Origin: Zancudomyces culisetae HAW-14-8
Lineage: Eukaryota; Fungi; Kickxellomycota
Length of the DNA: 64,000 nt
Reading direction: 5' to 3'
Assembly (NCBI GenBank): GCA_052426225.1
Contig: JBNJNM010000013.1
Coordinates: 1,984,001 to 2,048,000, forward strand
The position numbers and the translations under genes are program-made. A model generated the notes under the pieces. It worked only from the letters and a program-made list of their open reading frames with translations, did no database searches and was not told the origin of the DNA. This document shows, piece by piece, positions 23,825 through 37,174 of this stretch (position 1 is its first letter; each line of letters opens with the position of its first letter).

Positions 23825-24283
23825 ATGGTAAAGTCAACACTCGCACTCCTCACAGCCACAGTTGCCACAGTATCAGTAAATGCTGCAGTTGCCCCAAGAC
23901 CAAGAGCAAATGTTGGTCCTATGCAACCACCAATGGGACAAGTCCAGAACTTTGGAAGATATGCTCCACCTACTCGCCCTGCATTTAACAGACGCTTTGC
24001 TACACCAGCCTACCGCAAACGTGCTGACGAAGAGGAAGATGCCCCAGCAGAAAATGCTAGCGCAACTACTGATGCCACCCAAACTGCTGATGCTGTTACA
24101 TCTGATGACAGCTCTGCGCTAACTGTTGATGGTTCAGCAGATGGAAACAGTACAGGAAATGGAACTGATGACCGTTGGTGGTGGGGGGGATACTACGGGT
24201 ACCCATATTACGGCGGATACTACGGCTATGGCTATGGCTACGGATACCCATACTATGGCGGATATTACGGATACTACTGGTAA
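23825..24283 (+). CDS. Secreted Gly/Tyr-rich peptide precursor, copy 1 (signal - Pro/Arg-rich pro-region - RKR - acidic spacer - DDR|W - Gly/Tyr core)
   Basis: 152 aa; AAAATG start context; TATA (GTATAAAA) at ~23674; core WWWGGYYGYPYYGGYYGYGYGYGYPYYGGYYGYYW; paralogue at 45607-46011. Confidence 0.9.
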   Translation: MVKSTLALLTATVATVSVNAAVAPRPRANVGPMQPPMGQVQNFGRYAPPTRPAFNRRFATPAYRKRADEEEDAPAENASATTDATQTADAVTSDDSSALTVDGSADGNSTGNGTDDRWWWGGYYGYPYYGGYYGYGYGYGYPYYGGYYGYYW

Positions 24284-24929
24284 TTTGTCACATCCGAATC
24301 TCATCTTATTCCATTTGTTCCTATAACATCGAGTTTGTAGGATTTAATTTTATTTAATTTTGTTTAAATAAAATATCCGGTAAATTTATACTAGAGGTTC
24401 AGATCCTACCCATGTATATCAGTCAGATCCTAATCAACATTTGAATTTAAAGCAAAGTCGTAGTTTGTAGTTTAAAAATTATCCTACATTCGGATTTATC
24501 AATAATATTTAAGCTATTAGTATCTGTAAAGAAAGAATTAATAACTTGTATCGACTGAGTATAAAACTTACTTTGAACGAGCTTTAAGTGTGTATGAGAC
24601 ATTAAAATGATAAAGATATAATTGTTATTCATTTTTCTAAAGAATTATTTACCTTTGGACTATAAATATTTACATACTCGATTTGGCAACATGGTTTTTA
24701 ATTTTAAATTATATACATAAGGTTAATGTGCAAAGAGATACTTTATTCAAACTTGACGCTTTATCCAAACGTTAGATTATTTTACATTTAAATTACTTTT
24801 TTGAATAGTAAAGCATGGGCACGTGTTCTAAACAATTTATATAGTTTTTGATAAATATCATTTCTTTCCAACATACGTGGTTTAAACGGTAAATACCATA
24901 TCAATATAAAAAAGTAAAAATATATATAA

Positions 24930-25297
24930 CAAGGAGTATCCATTTAAACCTAGTGAATGAATATTGGGTCTTATTGAGATATTCTTGAAAAATATACATG
25001 GCTAATTTTAAAAATCAAGCGTTTACTGTATACGTACTACTACAGTAGTTTTTTCTACATACCAAAATTCCTTCTGATCTAATAGTGAGATTAAGAAATT
25101 GCCCTAAGGTACCCTGTTTGACGTTATAATAACTAATTTTTCTTATCTGAAAGTCGTTTAATACACCAGAAAAATAGTATCTTGAAATCACTAAAATACC
25201 AAGGTATATCGAGAGGTTTCTTAGTGGTAATAATCTTATACGTGCAGGGTTTGAGTAGCTGGTAGAAGCAGATGGCATATGTGTAACCTACGCACAT
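24930..25297 (-). pseudogene. Disrupted paralogue of the crystallin-like secreted protein at 44608 (subfamily C)
   Basis: Co-linear nucleotide similarity to 44608-45003 from ATG at 25297; frameshift in the signal region; YYFSGVLNDFQIRKISYYNVKQGTLGQFLNLTIRSEGILVCRKNYC..TVNA* (premature TGA at 25015); residual FKWI near 24940. Confidence 0.85.
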
Positions 25298-28200
25298 TTG
25301 TAAGCTTTTTTGATTTTAGGGAGAGTTTGTAAGCAGATTTCTCTAGTCTAGTCTGGTCAAGTATCTTGTGTTCTATGATATAAGATCTAAATAACACAAT
25401 TACTTGGTAAACTGTATTCTTGCTGGAAACTATAAATATTCGCAATAATGAATTCCATGTTATTTATTATGATAACAACCAAAAATAGGAATAAATTTCC
25501 AATCACAAAATAAAGAAAATATTCAGATCAAAAATCTTAAAAAATTTATAATGGAATAAGAATAGAAAAAGTGTTTAATATTATCAGTATATTTAATATA
25601 GCTAAAAATTATTTAATTGACCAAGGAAAATGAGACTGGCTATGTGGACGACTACAAACTTATTATGAAGTAATAACGGATATAATAAACATTTATAGGT
25701 AAGTTTTATAATAGTTTTAACTGTAGCAAATAGCAATATCAAAAGCAGGAAAAATTTCATTAGGAGTCTCTTTAACTCTTTTGGTGATTATAAATAATAT
25801 TGTAAACAAGGAATCTGCTTAAAAAAATGTTGATTAAAGAATTACAAGCTATAAGAACAATAACAAGGCTAATTTTGAAAGTTAAAAACAATATTTTTGA
25901 ATTACTAAAATCTCAATTTCAGGTCATATAAAGCAACTTCGTTATGCAATTATCCGAAATTTTTGGGATAATGGACATTACTCTTCCGAAAGAGACAGAT
26001 CAGATGTCTCATCCATAGATGTAAAATATGCATTGTCACGTGACCAATTAAAGATACTGAAGAAGTAATAAGCAGAAGCTTCTATCTGTCAGAAACCCGA
26101 CCAACAAACGAGATCTGCCTGATCGCATCCGATAATGATGCGATATTTGTATAAAAACTATTAATAAGTCTTTGTTAAGTATTATTTGTAAACAGATCAT
26201 AATTATTTATCTAAAATCAATCGATGATTGCGTTTCTGCAATACAACAATATAAGGGGGCTTTAGTGAATGTGTAAATTTAGACAGCAATGGTCTATGCA
26301 GAGTAATGTCCAGAAGAATATCAAATGGATTGCCAGATATTTTTGCAGATTTCGGAAACAAAACTGAAGTTTCAGTAACATGGATTTCACTATATTACTA
26401 GAACTTGTACTCGATGTCTCTTTTAACTTATACTGTTTTTTTGATATATGAAAAATGCCAAACGAGGCAGTTACACTAAATTTATTGTGTTTTATTTGTA
26501 ATAAACCCAAAATACATTTATTACTTTAATAATAAGCCTTTTTGCGTAAAATAGGACTCATTGTAGAGAATATTTCAGCGAATTAACATTTCAACATGAA
26601 ATTACTCCAGCAGAATTGCTTGGATATAGTTACGATTCCACTTAATTGATTGCAGATAGTTCAACAAACATCATTGCAGTATCTAAAAGAAAATAATTAT
26701 GCTTAACACGTTTTTTTCAAAAATATTAGACCACTTGTGCCTATTTCTAATCATCTTGTGACTCCCAAATTTTAACTGTTTGATACCTCTACTATCTGTT
26801 ATTCAATCCATCCTGTAGATAGTGTGTTGGGTTCAGCATAGAAAACTGCAAAAAGTACGTCTATACTTTTATGACCAACTCAAATAGGTATAGCTTTTGA
26901 TATTATCATCTAGTACTCAAGTGTGTTTTTGGAATTCGTTTACTGGAAATGATTATATATATTTTTTACAGATTTTACGCCATTTTATAAATAGGGTTTA
27001 TAGATTTTGATTAAAGTTTGTGCATCAGCATTACTAATTATCAAATAAACGATTTTTGAATTATTTATGAAAACATATTCTCGTAGACACATGCTTCTAT
27101 CTTTAATCTGCTACCAATTCAAATATTTGCTTATATCTGAGGATTATTATTTTATAAAGATACATGTGATACCAATCAAAGTACACTCCCTCAATGGTCT
27201 TTGTATACATCATATGAGAACTTATAATGGTTAGAAGTATACCTTTTGTGTTTCATTGCATGTCTGTACCACTTTAAAAGCAATAACGTCAAATCGAATC
27301 ACAGCTGTCAGAGTTCATGCACACCATTTTTGCACACTTAATTTGAAAATAGGTAGTTTAAGACCAATACTCTATGATATATTTAAGAAACGCAATAAAA
27401 GCGTACTTTTAGTAGATCAAAAATACTGATATTATACAATTTATCACTCAAAAATGGATTGAATACTATCTTATGAAGTCCAATAACGAGAATAGCATTC
27501 AACTTGCATAGCAAACTATTGAGTGGAATTTATAATATCATTGTAGTATTGTCCACCAAAATCCTCATTTGAAGATATTTTTTGTCGGTTGTACTTTGCT
27601 ATCATCTTTATTACCATAATCATATTTGTGTTAGCCAAAGTTTAGAAAATTTTTACTATTATTAAAAAGCAAGTCGTAAGAGGTGAGTTTTCTATAAATT
27701 AGCACTGTTTACTATAAGATTCTTAAAAGTAATAGAAAAATTTCTGAAAAACGCTTGCTCAAACCTTGTATTAGTTAACCTTTATGAGTAGGTTTTGTAC
27801 CTAATAAAATAATAACAATAAACTAGTTTTTTTTATTTTCTATTTTTCCTACGCTGATATTAGTGTTTAGGGGCAATAGCGTTTAATTTTCAATTGAGCT
27901 AAATAAATGTCCTATAAAACATATTTATTATTTCCCGAGGCTAGAATTAATCCAATATTAGCGCATACCAATGTATTAAATTCCTATTCACCTAAACACG
28001 TAGTCACTTACACTTTAGGCATTTGCAGCTCATTTATCCCTATTCTGTCCATAATCAAAAATAAACTATATAATGATTTGGTTGATTTTCTATTAATTTT
28101 TTGTAAGACTGCACTAATGAAGGTCTTTATTATGCAATTTCCTTTACTAGATGCAAATCCAGAAATTTTAATCCCCCTGAACCTATTGGTATTCTTATTT

Positions 28201-28996
28201 TTTTACTTTACTCTTTTTTAGTATTTTACTCCACAAAACTGTCCATTAAACCTAACCGAAACTTAAAATTGATTCAGAAAATGGTAATAAATGATTTAAA
28301 AGGTATATACATACTATCATAATATTAAAAAAAAGTATTTTATAAGCAAAATGGCCAGAATTTATTTCTGTAACTCACGTTATATTATTATGAATGACCC
28401 AAAAGTTGAGTTTTTGGGTGACCATTTAAACTAATTTTATTTTTAAATACAAAGGGTTCTAAAGTATCTTCATTGGCTTGACGATTATTTTATTCATTTA
28501 TTGAAAAAGTACTCAGTTAAGTATAAGTATAACGATCTGCAACTCAAAAATGTACTAAAAAAGATTATTCCAGTACGCATAACTATTATTATGAACGTCA
28601 AGTTTTGAAAAGAAATACAATTATCCGAAATAATATTATTTTTATACACGTATTTCATAATTATTTTTTATTTAATGCAGTATAAGCAACAATGGTTATT
28701 ATGTACATGTGCAAACTACTAGAACCAAGTATAGACACTATGAAATACTAACTTTTGATCACCAACATGATGTACACCAACATAGTACTAAAATTTCATA
28801 AACGTAATACTAGAAGGATGTGTAACAATTAATTCAATCTACAGTTTAAAAATACATATGGTGGTTTCATTTCCACAAAGAAAAAGTATAAATAGACCAG
28901 GGTTTCTTCCAAAACTAATTTCTTCTCACTCCAAAAGTATTTAGAACTATATCCTAGAGAGAAAGAAATTAGACTTAGAAAACTTAAAAACTAAAA

Positions 28997-29422
28997 ATGG
29001 TGAACATTCAGTTGACAAGCGCACTTTTGATTGCCTCAAGTTTTGTAGCCGGTGCCAACATTCCAAACGCTCCCATGACTGATGCTAACGGATACGGTAA
29101 CAATAGACCAAATAGCCTTGAGTGTTGCCACGCAAGAACTTTGGAAATCAAAATGTTTAATACAAACTTCTATAAAGACGAGGTTGGCACAAAAACAGTA
29201 AAACCAAATCGCTGCTATAATTTGCCTAACATTAATTCATGCGTTCTTGATGGTGGTGAACCTGGTGAAGGTAAAATCATGTTCTTCACCGAAGATAATT
29301 GTATGGGAAAAGGAAGAAGCAACCTGAGAAGTCAATGGTTATATCCTGGGAACATGGATGGTGACCTCGGAGGGCGAGCAAAATCAGTACTTTGGCTTAA
29401 TCCAGTACCTAGAAATATCTAA
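28997..29422 (+). CDS. Small secreted Cys-containing protein, beta/gamma-crystallin-like family, subfamily A
   Basis: Signal MVNIQLTSALLIASSFVAGA; LEIKMF..KPNRCYN..SC..GEGKIMFFTEDNCMG..PGNMDGDLGGRAKSVLW; the promoter (GTATAAATAGACCAGGG) is shared with 53632. Confidence 0.88.
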   Translation: MVNIQLTSALLIASSFVAGANIPNAPMTDANGYGNNRPNSLECCHARTLEIKMFNTNFYKDEVGTKTVKPNRCYNLPNINSCVLDGGEPGEGKIMFFTEDNCMGKGRSNLRSQWLYPGNMDGDLGGRAKSVLWLNPVPRNI

Positions 29423-29721
29423 AGAGCTAATACTTTAAAACATTTTATTGCTGTATTGTCCTATTTATTGAACTTAGAATTTGAAAGTACACTAATACCA
29501 AATACAAAATAAAAGAGTTAAAGTTGAAAGTTAGTTTGTTCGGAATAGCACAAAATTTCTGAATTTAAATACGTGCAATTAATGAGAATCTATTTGTATG
29601 GTTAAGTAAGCATTGCGTTATATAGGAATAAAATATAGATTAGCTTTTAATTAAGATGAATATACTAAAAACAAATATCGGATACAGAGCCAATTTAGTT
29701 AATTTATACCAATCTATTGCC

Positions 29722-30489
29722 TGATTTGTGTACCCGGAGTTAGATCGGGACACAGGGTCAAAACTGAGAAATCAAAAATAACTAAACTTAATAATAAATA
29801 AAATCAACCAAAAAGTTTTAAAAACTCAACTACTATAATGACAATACTAAAGTTCAATAAAAAATTATAATCACATAAATTAGAAAAATGAATAACGAAA
29901 AACGAAAAAAATGATAAAAAGTATTATTAACAAGTAATCAATGGTTTGATATAAGAACAAAAAGGGAAAATAGTATGTATAAAACAACGAAACCACTGGT
30001 CAAAAACGGAGTAAAACAAGATACGATCAAAAGGATTAAATAAAGCAATATAGTTAAATAATTGTTTTAGTATATATAATTAAAGGAAGACTCATGAGAG
30101 GATTCCTTAGCTCTTTTAATAGTTTTGATCAGTAACAAAAAGTAGGATAAATAAATAACAATTGTAAAAGAAATCCAGGTTTAGAATGATTAAGAAGTTT
30201 ATTAATATAGTGCTACGGCTAGTCATAAATACAAGTTTAAAAAAAACAAGTATAGTTATTAAAATCTCGCAACAAAACATGTCATGCTTCATGACTAAAC
30301 TCAAAACCACATTGATCCAGACTGCAAGAGATGAGGGCGATACTCATCTGATAGTGATCGCTCAAGAGTTACTTCTATGGAAGTCGACCCCGAAGAATCA
30401 GACGATCCATTTGCTGATAGCATGAATCACGTTTTTTTATAAACGAATTTCCCGACAAAGAATGAGGTATCACCCAATCTCATCCGACA
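29722..30489 (+). mobile_element. Solo-LTR-like dispersed repeat, copy 1 (internal ORF from 30279, frameshifted)
   Basis: Shares TAGATCGGGA, GACTCAT..GATT.CTTAGCTCTT, TAGTGCTACGGCTAGTCATAAATACAAGTTTAA and the 3' end CTCA.CCGACA with 47922-48650. The 5' boundary is approximate. Confidence 0.75.
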
Positions 30490-31056
30490 GTTCGCCATTT
30501 TTTTGCTTAACAAAAGAGCTTTGTTATCTAAAATATTTTACTCAAATTATCTATTTCAGAGTACAAAATCAGTAAGATACAAAATCCTGGAGTATATATT
30601 AGCTACAATTGAGTCCACCTTGTTATATTGACACACTTCCACATTATAATGACCCTTGAAATGAAAAAAAATACGTTTTTTTAACAAGCACACAGAATTA
30701 TAATGCTACGGGGAGCCGAGTTGACTTGATTACCACCTTGTAGATCAGTGAAAACAGTGGAAGTTTTAATGCGTTATTTCAACTAAAAATACAGTTTGCC
30801 GTAATTACCTTTTATATTTACTATTTGTGCTTTCTTTTTGTAAATGTAATATTTTGGTTGTATAACTTATAATTGATCTTGGATATTAAAGTAACATCAG
30901 AAAACTAAAAGATAATAAAATAATTTAGATGTATCATGATATATTTATTTAATAAACAAAAGATTGGTCCTATACTAAAAGATTATCAAAATTTATCTAG
31001 GAAATCAGTGAGTGAGCTTCAATACTAAATTCAACTTCTACCATAAGTCTATGAGA

Positions 31057-33444
31057 TTAATCATCAATCATAGAGTTAATAGCCGATCCAAACCTAGCGT
31101 GATTGTTGTTTTTGTATAGGAATTGACACCCACGAGTTTTATCACCTCTCTGTGCTTGTTCGATGGGGCTGTACAACAATTCAGTAAAATTAAAGCTCGA
31201 AAAAGCTTTCTTATAGCTGGAAATGGTGAGATTTTGCTCAAGTGTTGGAGACTGGTTTTTATACATAGATTTAGCGTTTGCACTCAAAATGAGATAAAAT
31301 ACGCGCTCAATCATTTTTTTGCATTGACTAAGCAACGTGATATTCTGAGGTCGTGTATCAAAGTTGACAAAATTTACATAAAAGTCTTGAGGATCATCAT
31401 CCAAGGTTGAATCATTGGTACTGTGAGCACTGTGTTTTTCAGATGTCTGTTTTGAGGTACTCAGCTCTTCAAATGGCAGATGAAGTTTTTTTAGCTCTTC
31501 AATTATTATTTTCAAGTCAACCGCCAATACGAATCGCTTTTTACTAGCTTCCTTAATAAATCGTGATGAAAATGCATTATTTCTATCCAGACCTTTTTTT
31601 CCATTAATCCTACTCAACAGGAACGGGTCGTGTATCTTTGGATTTTCTGTATTATTACAGCATACTTTTTTGAGAAAGCTGCTTCCAGTTGGAATCAACC
31701 ATGGATTATAGTCATATGGTGAAAGCATTTTCATTGCAAAATCTGGAGGAATGTTTCTAAATTTGGCGTTGGCCTTATCATAACTCTTTTTAAGATTGGA
31801 AAATCCAAGTAGTATATAAATGTAAGTTTGTGATAGTTGAGATGTTGATTTGAGTCTTTCAAAGTATTCAGATAATACATTTTTTCCATTTATGATTGCG
31901 TTGAGTCTATGTAGATCTTTTATATATTCCAAGTTCATGAGTTGCCTAAGAACGTAAAAAGTCATGCTATTTAGCTCCACATCAAACTTATCAAGTGAAA
32001 AGTTTGACATTAGCCAGTAAAATATCTCTGTAAAGCGAATAGTGTTCTCAATTAGCATTATTTTAGCCAGTTTTACCCTCTCTGGGGGGATATTCACACT
32101 TTCATAGTAAGAAATCTCTGATTTGCAAACGTGTATGTTTGCCATACAGGTGTTTAGAATTAATGTACAGTAGCGTAGTATAAAGTATTCAATATTCATC
32201 ACATTCACTATATCTGGATTGCATAGTCCAAATACCAATACTTTTTTCAACTCATTGTGAAATTTTACCACGACACTCTCCTGAAACTGTATGGAGTTTG
32301 TGAATAGTCTCAAGTAGTTTTGATAATCTTTCTTCATGTCCTTTGTTATTGTAATCTCTCTCCGGTTTATAAAAGTTATATTTACTTGTCTTATCCTGAA
32401 CAGCATCACATATGAGGCAAATGTATCAAATTTGAATTCTCCTTGGCTGTTTAGAATCATGCCACCTCTTTTCGCCGAGTTTGTTGTTGGAAGTATAAAT
32501 TCCGAATTATTATGCCATAAACGATCGTTGCTGGGTAAGTTTACAAATATGTCCTTCAGTTGTAAAGCCGGTTGAACCGCTGTTGATTCAGATAATAATA
32601 CGGAAAAAATATATGTGCACCACCAAAGACGTCGTCTAAGTTCTTTTTCCACTATCAAATCCTCGCTCTGATTAGCTGGTGTTCTAATACAATATTCATC
32701 AACTCTATGTAATTTTATTGAAATTGCCAAGCTGGCTGCTAGGTGTACATATTTTGTGTATTGTGACAGGATTCCAAGTGTAGTATAGTATCTGGCTAAA
32801 ACCAGCATTGTCCATATACTCAAGTAGTCCGGTTTACTGATTACCGTTCCCATATACTCAGTAACATTTTTTAATGCTCTTTTACGCTTCTCCTCAGTAA
32901 ATGCTTCAAAAAACTTATCATTTTTTAATAAGGTTGACCCCACCAGCAAAAGCATGTAAACCACATGTTTCGGCAATTGAGAACTCTTTATATTCTGTAT
33001 AAACTGAGGAATCCTTACAACATTCACAAGCAGGGGATAGCGATATATAAACCTATCCATTAGCTCGTCTATCACATCTCGCAGAAGTTTTGATAACACT
33101 ATATATTCTGAGTCCCTATCAATGTTATTTTGAATGTTCATATCAATAGTACAAACCTTTATCATCAAATTATGCGTTTCAACTTTTTTATGCTGATTGA
33201 CGTTTTCCTTTGCGGTAGTTTTCGTTTTATTGACATGATCGTCCAATGTTTTAATTTTCTTTTCTATATCCTTGAGTTTTCCATAAAAAATCCTGTATTT
33301 AGGCTTTTTATACATACCGTTTTTTATATTAACCCTGAATTTTATTATGTGTTTTTTATAGGCATTTTCGGTGTTTGATTTTGATCTCTTCCGTTTGCCA
33401 CAACTACTGGTAGAGTTTTTACCTTCTTTTTTTGTTTGCGTCAT
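31057..33444 (-). CDS. Fungal-specific transcription factor domain (Fungal_trans/MHR) protein lacking an intact Zn2Cys6 cluster
   Basis: First ATG at 33444 (the track start is TTG). YPLLVNVVRIPQF, LAASLAISIKLHRVDE, EKELRRRLWWCTYIFS, VNLPSNDRLW are typical Fungal_trans motifs. Only SSCGKRKRSK remains at the N-terminus. Confidence 0.85.
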   Translation of the reverse strand: MTQTKKEGKNSTSSCGKRKRSKSNTENAYKKHIIKFRVNIKNGMYKKPKYRIFYGKLKDIEKKIKTLDDHVNKTKTTAKENVNQHKKVETHNLMIKVCTIDMNIQNNIDRDSEYIVLSKLLRDVIDELMDRFIYRYPLLVNVVRIPQFIQNIKSSQLPKHVVYMLLLVGSTLLKNDKFFEAFTEEKRKRALKNVTEYMGTVISKPDYLSIWTMLVLARYYTTLGILSQYTKYVHLAASLAISIKLHRVDEYCIRTPANQSEDLIVEKELRRRLWWCTYIFSVLLSESTAVQPALQLKDIFVNLPSNDRLWHNNSEFILPTTNSAKRGGMILNSQGEFKFDTFASYVMLFRIRQVNITFINRREITITKDMKKDYQNYLRLFTNSIQFQESVVVKFHNELKKVLVFGLCNPDIVNVMNIEYFILRYCTLILNTCMANIHVCKSEISYYESVNIPPERVKLAKIMLIENTIRFTEIFYWLMSNFSLDKFDVELNSMTFYVLRQLMNLEYIKDLHRLNAIINGKNVLSEYFERLKSTSQLSQTYIYILLGFSNLKKSYDKANAKFRNIPPDFAMKMLSPYDYNPWLIPTGSSFLKKVCCNNTENPKIHDPFLLSRINGKKGLDRNNAFSSRFIKEASKKRFVLAVDLKIIIEELKKLHLPFEELSTSKQTSEKHSAHSTNDSTLDDDPQDFYVNFVNFDTRPQNITLLSQCKKMIERVFYLILSANAKSMYKNQSPTLEQNLTISSYKKAFSSFNFTELLYSPIEQAQRGDKTRGCQFLYKNNNHARFGSAINSMIDD

Positions 33445-36204
33445 TATAAAAGCTATCAATAAATAAAACCTTGAAATGAATTAGTTGAGGTGAACTCATC
33501 GCAATCAACCATATGCCCAACTCTGGGGTTATATAGTATTATTTTTATTTCAACCTATTTATTTTCGAGTTTTTCGCTTTTTGATGTTTGGGAGGTCAAG
33601 TTTGCATAGGTTCTCGTCTGTTATTTTACAGTAATCCATTGAATCAATTGAAAGCTGTTAGTGTTTTACATAAGAAAAGGTGATTATAATAAGTTTCTGT
33701 AAATAAAACTAAATGACGGGGACATGAAAGCTAGTTTAGCTTCTTTCTTTACAAAAAAGACATCAAAAATATGTGAAGTGTACTACATCTCATTAATAAT
33801 CTGAGGTTTATGTAATTCGGGGTTTACAGGTTGTCAGAGTAACAAAACAAATTCTTTTCTGGTTACGTAAATTTATGCAAAAGTTTACCAAAAATATAAA
33901 CTTCGCTTTTAGCAGAACTCAAGTACTTAGCATTACTAAATTAATAGCCCAATGAACAATTTTGTTGATGGTTTGCTTTAAATATTGCTACACCAGATAC
34001 TATTCCATAAATTATTAAAGCGATTCAAGAAATATTAAATGAGCAGTTAATGTTTTATTTTCTCAAAAATAGTGTAGCACATATTATATTAATTTTGCTA
34101 TTTATATAACAATAACTAAATTATTACAATACTAAACTGAGAATATTGACTGTGATCTATGAGAATACGATGAATTGTTCTCGCTTTAGTAATGATTGCT
34201 TAAATCGTATTTATTGTTTTGAGTATTACATAACCAATGTTAATCATTTAACAGTACACCAATAATAATCTGATTGAGCCTAATAGCAAAAATGTAGCTA
34301 TTTGGAGAAAAGCAGATAAAAAATTATGGAATTTCAACCAGTTACCATCACCGGAAAGTTCATCTCTGAACACCTGCAATTTCACCACTAAACCAAGGCA
34401 CAATAAATATGAAACCACGATTCAGAGCTAAGAGCCACCATGAAAACTAAGAAATCAGCCTTAGGATTAGCAGCATTCAAAGCGAAAAAATAACCGCAGT
34501 ATGGGTATTGAATTTATATAACTTTTTAACAAAAAAAAAAAACAGATGAATAATTCACGCCCAAAGAATTTGTCTAGCATGTAAAGATTCAATGTGTAAA
34601 GTATCTATCAATACTCTGCTCACATTCTTCTTGAAGATTAATTGCTTGAACACACGATAAAACTTTAGTCCAGATTATGATTTATTACAGTATGAGAGTA
34701 GGTTTTAATGGCGGATAAAAAAGGCTAATGATATTTTCATTAATTTATCTATCAACTGAACCATTGTTATTCTGGCGGCATTGATTTTTTTCAGAATAGA
34801 ATTATTCGTTGAAAGCCAACCGTGAGATTCATTGAAGCAGCAGACTCACCATTTGCTTACTGAAGTTGTCCACAAACCCAGAAAACCCATACTGTTTTTC
34901 AACAGCAATTTCAGTAGACATTGCATTTTTTATTTCTATAAAGTTCATGTTGGAGACTCAACTAAATAGGATTCAAGGTTGTTACAACAGTTGGCAAACC
35001 TTTATATGCTCAGTTTTAATCGACTTAAAACTACAATAACAACTTTTATTTTGGTATACGAAAATGTGATGTTCTAGTAACAACCCAAATTCAATGGAAT
35101 GTTGCATTGTACATTAAACTTTCTATTGTATTATTTATTATAGCTTTGCACCAATATTAACAATGAGGATAGTCACTAATTTAATATGCTAGTATATTAT
35201 AGAATTCCAGCTACTGTAAATTATTGTTTACAAAGTTCGCAATGTATATTTGAAGTCAATAAATGTTACTTTTATCGAATTTTATCTTTAAATACAGGTA
35301 TTAAAATGTTCGAAATACAAAATTCAAACAAACTTAAGTGTGATTTGTAAGTAGAAGAATACTTAGCTTTTGGTTCAGAGTATAAACTGGTATATTGTTG
35401 TTGTTATTAATGAGCTTAGAAATATAAGTAGTACTCGAGATTAAACTACATATCACTGGCTCTTAGGGGTATTGCAGTTTGATTTTTACCCCATTTTTGT
35501 TTTTGATGTATTTAGTATCATGGTGGGTGTAAGAATATCGAGTCTAAGAATACTGGGTCTTGGGCTTATTATATAGTTATCACATCAACTTTTTTATATT
35601 GGCTACTGATATTGATTTATATTCAAAATACTAGACGTTCAATTGAAGAATATAACCCTGTTGATTTTCCAATTATTGCCATACTAAAATATCACTATTT
35701 TTCTTTTGTCCAAAAAAGTTAAATGGTTGATGGGATAGATTGACAAAGATAATAAATCTTTTGGCACTAATAAAGATGTAGAGTGGTTTTATAATATCAA
35801 AAACAAAAATCTGTGATCATACAGGGTATAATTAGCTCTGGTGATAGAAAGACAGCGATATAGCTAACAAAAAAAAGAAAAATAGGAATTACTGCTATAA
35901 TACAATGTTATTTGAGTGAGTGTAATTTTTTGCTCATGTATTTATATATTTATAATATGCTTAGTTGGATGAAATTAAAAATTATTGCTATTAAGCGATT
36001 TATTAGATAAAACTCCCATCTAATTCCCTTCCGTGCCTTGCTAAAGTAAAAATTATAAAATTAATAGAGTAAATATAGGATATAATCTGAATTTTAGATT
36101 TAAATTTCTATTTTTAGCTTTTTTATTCGTTTTAAACCTTATACATTGAAATTGGTTATATGTATTCTAATTAACTTTTTCTAAATTTAAACATTTTTAT
36201 TTAG

Positions 36205-36358
36205 ATTAATAATATCCTATATATACTGGTATGAAGTAATCGATAAAGAGAATCAATTAAATAATGTCTATTATAATAAATATTATAAAAATATTATAAA
36301 AATATTTGAGACTGGATGCTCGCATAATAATTAAAATTTCATTTCATTCAACTAACAT
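36205..36358 (+). repeat. Diverged ~150-bp direct repeat, copy 1 (copy 2 at ~40740-40876)
   Basis: TGGATGCTCGCATAATAAT..TTTCATTTCATTCAACTAA versus TGGATGTTCGCATAATAAT..TTTCATTTCATTCAACTAA; upstream GGTATGAAGTAATCGATAAA versus GGTAAGGAATTAATCGATTAAA. Confidence 0.7.
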
Positions 36359-37174
36359 AAATTATCTGCTTAATAGTTATACTTTTAACGCCCTACTGAG
36401 TATTATTTATTCCCAATATTTACAAACGAGACAATTCTAATTTATATTGAATGTTTTTACTATTGTCATTAGGCGAGAAAGAGGACGTTATGTTAATTAA
36501 TTTAAAACTATGATATTTATTAAATAACCTATAAGAATTAGCCTATAAATTAAAGAGAATACTGGTAAAAATTCAACTATGTAAAATTCCATACAAAAAA
36601 TCGAATGTTGGGGAGGATGATTCATTGAATTTTAATTCAAAAATTATTATAGCTGTTCTTAAATCTTACGTCAAAAAATAATTAACACTAATATTATTAC
36701 GTTTACCAATTCCAATAGATATTGATTAAGGATCGATCCACTCTTGTTGCTATAAATTTCATTGATATTATGTTTTTCAACAGTTTCGAAAACTTTAGTA
36801 TCCTATTCTCACTTTTTAATTAAATTAACTTTATAAAAGAATTATTAAATTATAAAAATATTCTTAATCAAACCCTACTTGGACAAGCTGTAATGCAAAA
36901 AAAGTCTCAAAAAAAATCTACCTGAAATATTATTCCAGTCCTACAATATCCAAATCACTTCTAAGTTGATTTTGTTACTTAGCATTTTACCGGACTTGAA
37001 ATATAGTAATATTTTCCGCTCACACCTACCTTTTACAAACCTGGATTGGTTTACAAATTAACTATTTCTATGTATTTTTGAATTGCAACTTTATATTTAT
37101 CAATTTACTCAGCTATAGTAATAATTCTATACTGAAGCTTTTAAACTAATATATTTGGATTTTGAAATCTAAAC

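Noticed and set aside
23825-24283. Oomycete RXLR-dEER effector reading of RKR..DEEE
   Set aside because: No RxLR motif; a Kex2 dibasic site plus acidic spacer explains it, and the flanking genes are fungal.
25940-26248. Possible additional solo LTR ending ..ATACAACA
   Set aside because: 5' TG is absent, there is no TSD and no second copy in the window.
30186-30425. 79-aa ORF, and the 48421-48603 antisense ORF, as host genes
   Set aside because: They lie inside the LTR-like repeat and are frameshifted or antisense versions of its internal ORF.
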